A stretch of 64,000 bases of DNA from an uncultured Gammaproteobacteria bacterium (GTDB taxonomy: Bacteria > Patescibacteriota > Patescibacteriia > Veblenbacterales > UBA10138): positions 676,095 through 740,094 of the forward strand of contig CAYVOI010000001.1 of the NCBI GenBank assembly GCA_964453605.1. Direction: 5' to 3'. The notes beneath the pieces were generated by a model, which ran no database searches, had not been told where the DNA came from, and saw nothing but the letters and a program-made list of their open reading frames with translations. Of the stretch, positions 54,310-63,179 are shown piece after piece. The translations under genes were made by a program, and so were the position numbers. The stretch's first letter is position 1; each line of letters opens with the position of its first letter.

Positions 54310-55086
54310 TTATCCTACATAGGTTGGTACTGCAATGGTTCGGGACGAGAAATCAGACATACTTACACCCAAACCATTACGGCCAGACGAGGTTTCCTTG
54401 AAGTACGGGGTCCAATGTCTTTGATCATTGGGCATTTTCAAGTAATACCCAGGGAGCGACACAAAAGGTACGCTCCTGCCATCCATAGCCTTCACCCACT
54501 CAGGAAAATAAACTGCGGCCCAGAGCAGAGCAACGTGGGGAGAGGTTTCTGCGCTTCGCACATCAAGCGTACTGACACCAGCAGAATTTGGACTATGATC
54601 CCAATTCGCCTCCAGATCCAGTACCCTCCAGCGTAAACCACGGCTATGTTGGACACCCTTGATGAGCTGCAATTTACTAGGGTCCAAATCTGTTGAGACT
54701 GAAAGCCAGCTCGCTAACTGATTACATGCCTCTTGAAACGTAACCTGAATAGTATCCAGTTGAACCTCGAGCACTACAGCTCTGAGAGGGTAGCCTGGCC
54801 AAGGAGGAGGCTCACCTAAAGCATTAAAATCAGCGCGCGTGAAACCCCAGTTTCTCTCCCGATTCAACCCTCGAACTATCTCAAGTTGCTTATAGGGAGA
54901 GGCCATAAGGAGCTCAGACCGTGGAAACGGATAGCGCCCTAGAGTTCGTTTGAGCATCGCGCCAAGCTCAGTTGGATTATCAATTAAGTACTTGCGCTGG
55001 AGCTCAGCTATATCTCTTGGAAACTGCTGGATTGCTGTGGCCAACAGCTGGGCCCATGAACCACTTAAGGTATCCTCTTCAAACAT
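54310..55086 (-). CDS. hypothetical protein
   Basis: 258-aa ORF with coding-like composition and no recognised motif. Confidence 0.4.
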   Translation of the reverse strand: MFEEDTLSGSWAQLLATAIQQFPRDIAELQRKYLIDNPTELGAMLKRTLGRYPFPRSELLMASPYKQLEIVRGLNRERNWGFTRADFNALGEPPPWPGYPLRAVVLEVQLDTIQVTFQEACNQLASWLSVSTDLDPSKLQLIKGVQHSRGLRWRVLDLEANWDHSPNSAGVSTLDVRSAETSPHVALLWAAVYFPEWVKAMDGRSVPFVSLPGYYLKMPNDQRHWTPYFKETSSGRNGLGVSMSDFSSRTIAVPTYVG

Positions 55087-55221
55087 AAGAGTATCCCTTC
55101 CTTTCTGTACATATTCCCGAATCCGTCGGTACGGTTCCTTTTTTAAGGAGTTATTTGGTATTCTTTACCAGTGTATTTACCTCTTTTATCTTACTCTGTC
55201 AACTACTCTAACCATCACAAA

Positions 55222-55261
55222 TTAGCCATTTACCCTTTCGCGCGAAAGGGTAAATGGCTAA
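55222..55261. repeat. 40-bp perfect palindrome (ttagccatttaccctttcgc|gcgaaagggtaaatggctaa), copy 1 of a repeated element
   Basis: Exact dyad symmetry. The 28-bp core is identical to 56476..56503. Confidence 0.85.
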
Positions 55262-55388
55262 AGATGGATAAAAAGAAAAGCAAGGCACAGCGATGGTTGC
55301 TGCACCTTGCTTACTTGCATTCGTGTTTGAAGACTAAAGGTCAAAGGCCGCTTTCCAAAGGACAAGCAACCGAAGTCCAAAGCTCTCA

Positions 55389-56318
55389 CTACCGAGAGAG
55401 GACAAGACCACCAGAACACCCGTCATACGCATTGCCGAGGTCGCCCCCGCTGTCGAACCCCGTCCTGCCATCGCAGGCCCCCAGACAGAGCGACCGCCCA
55501 GACCGCTGCCATTGTACGGCGCTCATATCATACCCAGGGGTATGAAAGTTTGCCATCATCGTGTCCGTATACGTTGCTGCTCCTGTGAGCGTTTCCAGGG
55601 GGCCAGCCAGGCTTAACCTGTCGGGCAAGGTTGCCATCTGTTCACGCTGCGCCAGGATTGAGAAGCCCTGAAGCGGGTTGGGAAAGTAAATGACGACCTG
55701 GGAGCCCTGTTTCGCTCGCTCGACAATTCGCTCGTGGCGAGACCCTGGAATGATTGTTACTTCACCCTTGAGTGTGTCCTGGCGGTAGTTGATGAACGGA
55801 CGGCCAGGAAACTCCTTCTGGTAAGCTCGCTCGACTGCGGGAAGCAGGATATTCTCGATTGCCTCGCCGTAATCGAGGGTAGCGAGCTTCTGGATGTAGA
55901 GCGGGTAGTACACACCCTTGAGCAGCGGACGGAAGTCTTCGGACGCTTGCAGTTCGGCGATGAGCGCCGTGGCTTGAGCTTCAAACTCAGCTGCCTGAAT
56001 GTCAGGCGTGATGTTGAACGCTTCAGCACAGCCCAGCAGCCGCTTGAGATAGTCAAGCTTCGGCTGCTTGAGGCCAAAGCTGCGGTCGGGGTCGCAGTGA
56101 GAGTACTGCAGCGTGGGCAGCGGAATGCGGCGACCGTGCTTGTCAAAGAGCAGCGTCGGTTTTTCACTGACGCGAGCGGTGGCGTTGGCAAAAACGACCT
56201 GCGTTTCATCACGCAGTAACTTTTTGACGCCCGCAACCCCGCCGAGTTTGGTGCCGACTGCCAACCAACGATCTAGGCCGACTTCGCCCAGACTTTCTAT
56301 ATCTTCTAAACGTACCAT
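55389..56318 (-). CDS. hypothetical protein (309 aa) bracketed by the palindromic repeats
   Basis: Strong SD 'AAGGAG' 8 nt before the ATG at 56318. No recognised domain. Gly/Cys-rich C-terminal tail 'GGDLGNAYDGCSGGLVLSR'. Confidence 0.5.
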   Translation of the reverse strand: MVRLEDIESLGEVGLDRWLAVGTKLGGVAGVKKLLRDETQVVFANATARVSEKPTLLFDKHGRRIPLPTLQYSHCDPDRSFGLKQPKLDYLKRLLGCAEAFNITPDIQAAEFEAQATALIAELQASEDFRPLLKGVYYPLYIQKLATLDYGEAIENILLPAVERAYQKEFPGRPFINYRQDTLKGEVTIIPGSRHERIVERAKQGSQVVIYFPNPLQGFSILAQREQMATLPDRLSLAGPLETLTGAATYTDTMMANFHTPGYDMSAVQWQRSGRSLCLGACDGRTGFDSGGDLGNAYDGCSGGLVLSR

Positions 56319-56475
56319 TGTTAAGCTCCTTTCTCAGGCTCGTTGCCCGAGGTTTTGTTTAGCCCCTCCCCGAGGCTCGGGGTTATTTCCTTTTGTTAAA
56401 GTTTGGGAATAACAATTTAGCCTAACATAGCTCAATGACTCTGTCAAAGGTTATCCAAATTACCGCCACATCACC

Positions 56476-56503
56476 ATTTACCCTTTCGCGCGAAAGGGTA
56501 AAT
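56476..56503. repeat. 28-bp perfect palindrome (atttaccctttcgc|gcgaaagggtaaat), copy 2, 20 bp after the tatD stop
   Basis: Identical core to copy 1. Confidence 0.85.
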
Positions 56504-56522
56504 AGGTAAAGAAGAGGTAATC

Positions 56523-57359
56523 TCATAGAAGAGCAAACAGTGCTCGGGTGTTCTCAGTTGTTACCCGATCAACCTCTTCGAGACTGACACCTTTTAGCTC
56601 AGCAATTTTTTGGGCCACCTCCACCACGTACGCTGGCTCGTTCTTTTTGCCGCGGTAAGCCTGCGGCGCTAGGTAGGGCGCGTCGGTTTCAACCATTATT
56701 CTATCAAGCGGGGTCTCCTTTACAACTTCAAGCAACTCAGCTGCAGCGTTCTTGAACGTAATAATGCCGGTAAACGAAAGGTAAAAGCCAAGGTCGAGAA
56801 ACTTTTTGGCCTGCTCGCGGTTGCCGAGAAAACAGTGGTTCGCCCCGCGCCGCGGCAGCTTACCCGCGGCCACTGCCCGCTGCAGAATGGTGAACAGGTC
56901 GTCGTACGCTTCGCGGCAGTGGATAATGAGCGGCAGGTTGAGCGCTGTTGCCAAATCTATCTGCTGCTCAAAAAGCCTAGCTTGCTGGCGCTTAACCTCG
57001 GTAGGATCAATCCCATCGGGCAGGCGGTAGTAATCCAACCCGCACTCCCCTACAGCCACAACCTTGGGTGAGCTCTTGGCCAGCGCGGCATAACGCGCGG
57101 CGTCAAACACCTCGGCACGAGTCTTGAAGTGCGTTTCTTCCTCATCTACCTCTTGCTCAAACAAATGCAAGAGATGCAGACCAATAGCAGCATACAAACC
57201 CTCGCTCGCTTCGGCCATTTGAACGCCCCGTTCGCTGGTATCCCACTGGCTGCCGACGTTTATGATAGCGGTAACGCCAGCTGCCTTAGCGCGCGCTTGC
57301 GCGGCCTCAGCCTCGTCCTTAAACGCCGAAAAGTTTAGGTGGCAGTGAGTATCAACCAT
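56523..57359 (-). CDS. tatD: TatD-family metal-dependent hydrolase/DNase
   Basis: 'MVDTHCHLNF' N-terminal His pair. 'GECGLDY'. ~278 aa TIM-barrel family. Confidence 0.85.
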   Translation of the reverse strand: MVDTHCHLNFSAFKDEAEAAQARAKAAGVTAIINVGSQWDTSERGVQMAEASEGLYAAIGLHLLHLFEQEVDEEETHFKTRAEVFDAARYAALAKSSPKVVAVGECGLDYYRLPDGIDPTEVKRQQARLFEQQIDLATALNLPLIIHCREAYDDLFTILQRAVAAGKLPRRGANHCFLGNREQAKKFLDLGFYLSFTGIITFKNAAAELLEVVKETPLDRIMVETDAPYLAPQAYRGKKNEPAYVVEVAQKIAELKGVSLEEVDRVTTENTRALFALL

Positions 57360-57363
57360 TGCT

Positions 57364-57906
57364 TCAGGGTTGTGGAACAGGCAGCGTTACCCCCGGCACG
57401 TACGGCTGCACCTGGCGAATGATATTCGGTAAGAGTGGCACGAGGATGCTGGCAATGGTTATGAGCTTCTGTGCCACCTGCGAATTGGCAATAGCGGCCT
57501 CAACCGAAATAGGGAGAGCTACGCGATTGGCAAAGTACAGGGTAAGACCAGTCACTAAAACACCTTCGGCTAACCCTAAGATAGCGCCGACAAAACGATT
57601 GATGGTCTTGAGAAACGGCGCCATAGAAATAAACCGGAAGCTGCGGTCTATGAGGTGAAACACAAACCCGACCACTCGGTTTATCACTACAAAAATAAAA
57701 ATAAATGCTACCAGGTCCACCCACCCGGTGTCAGTGCCGAAGAGTAAGTGCAGCGGGCCAGCTAGCTTGTCGTAGAAATGGCCAGCGAGGTAGGCACCCG
57801 CCACCGTACCGATGAGCCCGCCAGCCATGTGGATAGCCCCAAACCACAACCCAAACCAAACAAACCCAGCTATTGATAGAATCAGGATGATGTCGAGTGT
57901 GGTCAT
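57364..57906 (-). CDS. cvpA: CvpA-family membrane protein (colicin V production protein-like)
   Basis: 180 aa with 4 TM helices. 'LDIILILSIAGFVWFGLWFGAIHMAGGLIGTVAG' N-terminus typical of CvpA. Confidence 0.6.
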   Translation of the reverse strand: MTTLDIILILSIAGFVWFGLWFGAIHMAGGLIGTVAGAYLAGHFYDKLAGPLHLLFGTDTGWVDLVAFIFIFVVINRVVGFVFHLIDRSFRFISMAPFLKTINRFVGAILGLAEGVLVTGLTLYFANRVALPISVEAAIANSQVAQKLITIASILVPLLPNIIRQVQPYVPGVTLPVPQP

Positions 57907-57929
57907 AACCTACGAACTACGATACTGCT

Positions 57930-57957
57930 ATTCTCAAATTCTCAAGAATATTAGAAT
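57930..57957. promoter_or_regulatory. third copy of the ArsR-associated dyad (attctcaaattctc|aagaatattagaat), upstream of cvpA
   Basis: The two half-sites match the variants seen at 36585 and 36873. Confidence 0.45.
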
Positions 57958-57965
57958 GTTCGTTC

Positions 57966-59369
57966 TTAAGATAAACGCGGGAACAACGGCGCGGCTTTGC
58001 TAATAGTTTCAGCCGCTAGAGCTTTTTCAACCTTAGTTGAAGTCTCCGGCATAAACGGCCCCAAGGCCTCGGCCACACCCCTAAGTTTCTGGGTCCACCC
58101 AGCGATAAGCTCAGCCACTGGTTTTCCCTCCTTAACCATCTGCCAGGGTTTGGTTTGGTCAATCTCTTGGTCAATGGCGCGGAGCGTGGTGTTTATGTTT
58201 TCGAGCGCGGCATCAAAGTTAAAATCACTAAGTTCAGCGCTCACATCAATAGCAACTACGCCAGCGGGTACCTTGCCGCCACAGTACTGCGCGGCCATGT
58301 TCGTAACACGCGAGAACGTGTTTCCGAGGCCATTCGCCAGGTCGCTCTGGTAGCGCTCGCGGAATCGAGCCACCGAGACATCCCCATCAGATGAAAACGG
58401 CACCTGGGAGAGTAGCAGGTAGCGCGTAGCGTCGACACCGAACTCTTTTATCAAATCAAGCGGATCTATCGCGTTGCCTAAACTCTTCGACAGCTTCTGT
58501 CCGTCGATGGTAAAAAAGCCATGCGTAGCAACTACCTTAGGGAGCGGTAGCCCAGCGGCCATGAGCATGGCCTCCCAAATTACGGCGTGAAACCACAGAA
58601 TATCTTTACCCAACAGGTGCACGTTCGCCGGCCAAAACCCGCCCTTACCCTCTACGAACTGTGTGGCCGAGTAGTAGTTGATGAGCGCGTCTATCCACAC
58701 GTAAATGGTCTGCGACTCGTCCCACGGCACCCGAACGCCCCACTCTACGGATTCACGAGAGATAGACAAATCCTCAAGCCCCTGCTTGAGTTTACCCACC
58801 ACCTCGTTCTTGCGGCCCGCCGGCACAATTGCGTACTCGCCTGTTTTAATAGCGGCGAGGAGCTTATCGCGGAAAGCAGAGAGCTTAAAAAAGTAGTTCT
58901 TCTCTTTCTGCTTCACAATGTCGCGGTTGGGGTGCAGCGGGCAGCGGCCGCCGGTAAGCTCGTCCTCCTTATAAAACCGCTCGCAGCCCACACAGTACAG
59001 GCCTTCGTACTCACCCTGGTAAATGTAGCCCGCGTCGTAAATTTTCTGTATAAGCTCACGCACTACGGCCTCGTGGTGCGGGTCGGACGTGCGGATGAAA
59101 AAGTCGTACGAAATGCCGAGCGCCTGCCAGGCGCGAATGAACTCACCGCGGTTACGCTCGGCAAACACTTCGGGGGCAACCCCGGCAGCTGCAGCCGACT
59201 CCTGAATTTTAGCGCCGTGTTCGTCAGTACCCGTGAGAAAGAACACGTGCTCGCCCTTAAGCCTATGCCAGCGCGCCAAAACGTCCGCGCACAGCGTCGT
59301 AAACGCGCTGCCGATGTGCGGCTTATCGTTCACGTAGTAAATGGGAGTGGTGACGTAAAACCTTGACAT
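57966..59369 (-). CDS. metG: methionine--tRNA ligase (short form without a C-terminal tRNA-binding extension)
   Basis: HIGH motif 'PHIGSAFT'. KMSKS motif 'KLSKSLGN'. Zn-knuckle 'CVGCERF...CPLH'. Confidence 0.95.
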   Translation of the reverse strand: MSRFYVTTPIYYVNDKPHIGSAFTTLCADVLARWHRLKGEHVFFLTGTDEHGAKIQESAAAAGVAPEVFAERNRGEFIRAWQALGISYDFFIRTSDPHHEAVVRELIQKIYDAGYIYQGEYEGLYCVGCERFYKEDELTGGRCPLHPNRDIVKQKEKNYFFKLSAFRDKLLAAIKTGEYAIVPAGRKNEVVGKLKQGLEDLSISRESVEWGVRVPWDESQTIYVWIDALINYYSATQFVEGKGGFWPANVHLLGKDILWFHAVIWEAMLMAAGLPLPKVVATHGFFTIDGQKLSKSLGNAIDPLDLIKEFGVDATRYLLLSQVPFSSDGDVSVARFRERYQSDLANGLGNTFSRVTNMAAQYCGGKVPAGVVAIDVSAELSDFNFDAALENINTTLRAIDQEIDQTKPWQMVKEGKPVAELIAGWTQKLRGVAEALGPFMPETSTKVEKALAAETISKAAPLFPRLS

Positions 59370-59562
59370 ACACCAGTAGGTAAGCTAGTACTAGTATGCA
59401 GAGAATACCAAAAGATTACAAATACGCGTACCGGGGTTTGATTAAGAGCACGGGGGGTTCATAGCCCCCTTAGCCGCTTACCCAGTCGAGGCCCGGCTTC
59501 GAACCCGGGGGATAACTCTGGTGCTAACCCCTTCTGCTGCTCCAATGTGGCAGAAGGGGACT

Positions 59563-60288
59563 TTATGTTCCCGACACTACGACCACAAACTCGCCTTTGC
59601 TCGACGAGGCTTGCAGCTGCTCCGCCACTTGAGCAGCGGTACCACGGTACACGGCTTCAAACGCCTTGGTGAGCTCGCGGCACACGACCAGCTGTCGCTC
59701 GGGGGTGAGGCGCTCAAGCTCAGCCAGAGCTTTACCAATGCGGTGGGTGGACTCGTAGAATACCACGGGATACTCGCTCCCCGCCACATTGCGGAAAAAC
59801 GTTTGCCGACCCTTTTTGTGCGGCGGAAACCCAAGGAATACATAGTGCTGTGCGTTGAGCCCGGCCACCGACAGCGCCGCGGTAACTGCCGCAGGCCCAG
59901 GTATGGGTACCACGCGAATTCCGGCTTGAGCTACGGCAGCCACCAGTTTACCCCCGGGGTCGCTGAGGCCTGGTGTGCCGGCGTCAGAAACATAGGCTAG
60001 TGATTCGCCACCCCGGAGGCGATCCAACAAGCCAGCAACTACTGCTGGTGGTGAGTGGTGGTGGTAGCTCAGCGTTACTGTGCTAATGCCAAAGTGCGTG
60101 AGGAGCTTCCGGGTTACCCGCGTGTCCTCACACACCACTGCCGCCACACCACGCAAAACCCCAAGCGCTCGGGCGGTAATATCCCCCAGGTTCCCAATCG
60201 GCGTCGCCACCACGTAGAGCACGCCCGGCATGGTGACGTACCTAGCCGGCAGCTCCAAACGGCGGCTCGGTGCTGGAGCGAGCCTCAA
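59563..60288 (-). CDS. rsmI: 16S rRNA (cytidine1402-2'-O)-methyltransferase RsmI. The likely start is the internal MPGVLYVV near 60231.
   Basis: 'LYVVATPIGNLGDITARALGVL...VVCEDTRVTRKLL' tetrapyrrole-methylase-fold signature of RsmI. Confidence 0.85.
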   Translation of the reverse strand: MRLAPAPSRRLELPARYVTMPGVLYVVATPIGNLGDITARALGVLRGVAAVVCEDTRVTRKLLTHFGISTVTLSYHHHSPPAVVAGLLDRLRGGESLAYVSDAGTPGLSDPGGKLVAAVAQAGIRVVPIPGPAAVTAALSVAGLNAQHYVFLGFPPHKKGRQTFFRNVAGSEYPVVFYESTHRIGKALAELERLTPERQLVVCRELTKAFEAVYRGTAAQVAEQLQASSSKGEFVVVVSGT

Positions 60289-61285
60289 ACAGATCTGACA
60301 CTACCACGGCAATCGCCGTCACCAGGGGGATAGCCATGAGCGCACCCACCACACCACCTAAGCGCGCCCCCACTAAAATGGCAGCAATAGAAATTACGGG
60401 GTTAAGCCCCACCGCCTTCTTCATCACCACAGGTACAATTACGTTGTTCTCCAGCTGCTGCGCTACCAGGTAGAGTATGGCGACCCAAAACGCAGCTGTG
60501 GGCGACACCGACAGCGCTAGGAAAATGCCCGGCAGCGCGCCTAAAATTGGGCCCACGTAGGGAATAATTTCCGTAATGCCAGCCCACAGCCCCAACGTCA
60601 GGGCGTAATCCATGCGCAGGAGCCTCAAGCCAAGGTAGACCAACAGGCCGATGATGAGCATGAGCAAGAGCTGACCCCTGAGCCACTGCCCCAGTTTTTG
60701 CTGAATTTTGCCCATGGCGTTGTCGACGCGTCCTTGGTAGCTCTTCGGGGTAATAGAGTGGATGAACCGCTTGAGGCCGTTCTCCTGCACCACCAGGTAG
60801 AACGCCATGACAAAGGTAGCCACGAACTGTACAAAGCCGCCAAAGATAGCGGCCAAGGTAGAGAAGAGTGAGCCGGTAGCTGAGGCTAGGGCGGCGCCCG
60901 CCGACTCGACCAGCTGCTGCAGTGATGACACCACCTGGTCGTTGAAGGCGCTAGTGTGGGAAATGCTCATGAGCAGACGATCGTACGTGCCGGGGAGCTG
61001 GCTGGCTAGGTCCCCGAGCTGGGAGATGAGTGGCGGCACCATGAGCACAATGATGAGCGCAAACACCGAAAACAGCCCGAGGTAGATGAGTAGCACCCCG
61101 AGGGCGCGGGGGATATGGTTGTGCTGGAGCCAATCCACGGCCGGGTCAAGCGCGGTCGAAATAATAACCGCCACAAACACCAGTGCCAGCACATCGAGCA
61201 CTTGGTAGAAAAAGTACAGGCCAAAACCAACCAGCGCTACCTTGATGATAGTGTTGAAGGAAATGTTGAAGTTGGTTTGCTCCAT
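60242..61285 (-). CDS. AI-2E family transporter (PerM-like permease)
   Basis: 347 aa with 7-8 TM helices. 'GLNPVISIAAILVGARLGGVVGALMAIPL' C-terminal region typical of the AI-2E family. Confidence 0.7.
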   Translation of the reverse strand: MEQTNFNISFNTIIKVALVGFGLYFFYQVLDVLALVFVAVIISTALDPAVDWLQHNHIPRALGVLLIYLGLFSVFALIIVLMVPPLISQLGDLASQLPGTYDRLLMSISHTSAFNDQVVSSLQQLVESAGAALASATGSLFSTLAAIFGGFVQFVATFVMAFYLVVQENGLKRFIHSITPKSYQGRVDNAMGKIQQKLGQWLRGQLLLMLIIGLLVYLGLRLLRMDYALTLGLWAGITEIIPYVGPILGALPGIFLALSVSPTAAFWVAILYLVAQQLENNVIVPVVMKKAVGLNPVISIAAILVGARLGGVVGALMAIPLVTAIAVVVSDLFEARSSTEPPFGAAG

Positions 61286-61289
61286 AGGT

Positions 61290-62564
61290 TTAGGGTCGTG
61301 AGCTTAAGAGCTTACGCCACTCGGTCTGGTTTCGGAAGGGGCCGATGAGGGCCAAAGTTGCGTGCGTAAGGTTTAACACTTCACGGGCGGCGGCGGTAAG
61401 CTGGCTGGAGCTAACCTTGGCCAGGCGCCGCAAGTGCTGCTCAGGGGTTTCCCGGCTCTGCTCAAGGAACAGGCGCTTAGCTGCCCAGTCGGCCTGAGCC
61501 GCCGCGTCCTCCAGGGCCAGGGTGAACCTACCTCTACTATACTCCTTTGCCCGTGAAAGTTCATCCTTACCTACGCCTTCAGCCGCCACCCGCGCCAGCT
61601 CCTCGCGAATGAGGCGAATGGCCAAGGGCAGCCGGGCACGGTCGAGGCCGGCCTGCACCACAAACAGGCCCGTGCCTTGGTAGCAATCCACCCCCGCACG
61701 CACCGAGTAGCACAAGCCCTCTTTCTCCCGAAGCCTCACGAACAAACGCGAGCTCATGTTGCCGCCCAAAATGGTGGAGAGTAGCTCAAGCGGGAGCAGA
61801 CGCTTATGGGTGTAGCCGTAGCCTGGGAACCCGAGGGCGAGCTGCACCTGTTCGGTTTCTTTAAAGTGGAGGGCAACGTGCGGCTGCTTTGGTTTAGGTA
61901 CAAAGGGCTTAAATTTGCCAGCGCGACCAGTGGGGCGCTTGGCACCAAACCACTTTTTCAACGCACGCTCAGCTGGTGCACTCACCTTACCTGCTACCAC
62001 CAAGAGCATGTTGGCAGGGTGGTAGTAGCTCTCCCAAAAGTGCATGAGCTGCGCTCGCTTCAAAGCCAAGACACTTTCACGGGTGCCACTAATAAGTGTA
62101 CCTAAGGTGCTGCCGCGGAACACTCCCCCCTCTAACAGGTCGCCAATGTGCATGAGAGGGTTGTCTTCATACATGTTTATCTCCTCCACAATCACCTTTT
62201 TCTCGCGCTCAAGCTCACTGGCGTCAAAGCGCGAGTGCCAGAGCATGTCGGAGAGCACGTCGAGCGCAAGTGGCAGGTGTTCAGCCGCCGCTTTGATGTA
62301 GTAACCCGTGAACTCTTTGGTGGTGTAGGCGTTGAACTCAGCGCCCACGCCGTCCAAAGTTTGCGTGAGAGTCCGCGCGTCAGGCCGGCGATCCGTACCC
62401 TTAAACAGCATGTGCTCTAAAAAGTGCGACAGGCCGCTCTCGGCTGGAGTTTCCAGGCGCGAGCCTACGCGCACTAACACGTGCACAGCCGCTGTTGCCG
62501 TGCCTACCATAGGCACGGTTATAAGCGGCAAGCCGTTGGAGAGTCGCTTGAATGTGGTGGCCAT
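61290..62564 (-). CDS. M16-family (pitrilysin/insulinase-like) zinc peptidase
   Basis: Inverted zinc motif 'HFLEHMLFKGT' (HxxEH). ~424 aa. Confidence 0.85.
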   Translation of the reverse strand: MATTFKRLSNGLPLITVPMVGTATAAVHVLVRVGSRLETPAESGLSHFLEHMLFKGTDRRPDARTLTQTLDGVGAEFNAYTTKEFTGYYIKAAAEHLPLALDVLSDMLWHSRFDASELEREKKVIVEEINMYEDNPLMHIGDLLEGGVFRGSTLGTLISGTRESVLALKRAQLMHFWESYYHPANMLLVVAGKVSAPAERALKKWFGAKRPTGRAGKFKPFVPKPKQPHVALHFKETEQVQLALGFPGYGYTHKRLLPLELLSTILGGNMSSRLFVRLREKEGLCYSVRAGVDCYQGTGLFVVQAGLDRARLPLAIRLIREELARVAAEGVGKDELSRAKEYSRGRFTLALEDAAAQADWAAKRLFLEQSRETPEQHLRRLAKVSSSQLTAAAREVLNLTHATLALIGPFRNQTEWRKLLSSRP

Positions 62565-62565
62565 A

Positions 62566-63174
62566 CTACAATGGTATGTTCAAAATGAAATTTTGCAGCG
62601 GCTTTCCAATTGCATCCTGCCAAAATATATCCTGTTCCGCCTGGCTCATTTCAGATATATACTTCCCGCTGGTGGGGTCAATCTGAATGGATTCAAGTGG
62701 GTAGCCGTCAATAATTTTTGAACTTGGAACACTAGTAAAGGTTCGTGGAGAGACTATCGTCGTTTCATGAACTACTCCGTCCGGAGTGGCTACACAAATA
62801 GCAAATTCCCATCGGCCAGTGGTTTGCTCACCAAACTTTCGGATAAGCCCAGCATAGTAGGTAAGCAGTTCATGATCACTCGGCCGTTCGACTCCCCTGC
62901 CAATGCGCCTGACGTGCAGACCAGGCTGCTCTGCTAGGGGAAGCTTATCAAAATAGAGCGCGTTATCCATGGAAAGTACAGTTACCCCGAGCTGCCTGGC
63001 ATAGGTTACTGCCTTTTTCCTGGCATTTTCCTGTGCCGTATTCCCATATTCTTCAACCGGGCGGAAAGAGGCCTTATCTTTCACACCTGTCACTGCGACA
63101 CCAATAGGTGCAAGTGCGCCTTGTAACTGCTTTACTTTTGCCTCATTCGTAGTTGCAAAAACAATCTGCTTCAC
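62566..63174 (-). CDS. Ham1/RdgB-family non-canonical purine NTP pyrophosphatase (divergent)
   Basis: 'MKQIVFATTNEAKVKQLQGAL' compares with the RdgB 'VVLATGNxGKVRE' start. 'EEYGNTAQENARKKA' compares with RdgB 'EETGLTFIENAILKA'. ~200 aa. Confidence 0.55.
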   Translation of the reverse strand: MKQIVFATTNEAKVKQLQGALAPIGVAVTGVKDKASFRPVEEYGNTAQENARKKAVTYARQLGVTVLSMDNALYFDKLPLAEQPGLHVRRIGRGVERPSDHELLTYYAGLIRKFGEQTTGRWEFAICVATPDGVVHETTIVSPRTFTSVPSSKIIDGYPLESIQIDPTSGKYISEMSQAEQDIFWQDAIGKPLQNFILNIPL

Positions 63175-63179
63175 TGAAA

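Noticed and set aside
55389-55460. The Gly/Cys-rich C-terminus of ORF 55389-56318 as a second DGR variable repeat.
   Set aside because: There is no nucleotide similarity to the TR at 22069-22184, and no AAC/adenine pattern.
59440-59525. A tRNA-like T-arm (ggttcgaa-like loop flanked by cccgg/ccggg).
   Set aside because: The loops are 8 nt or have non-canonical T-loop positions. No matching acceptor or anticodon stems could be built on either strand.
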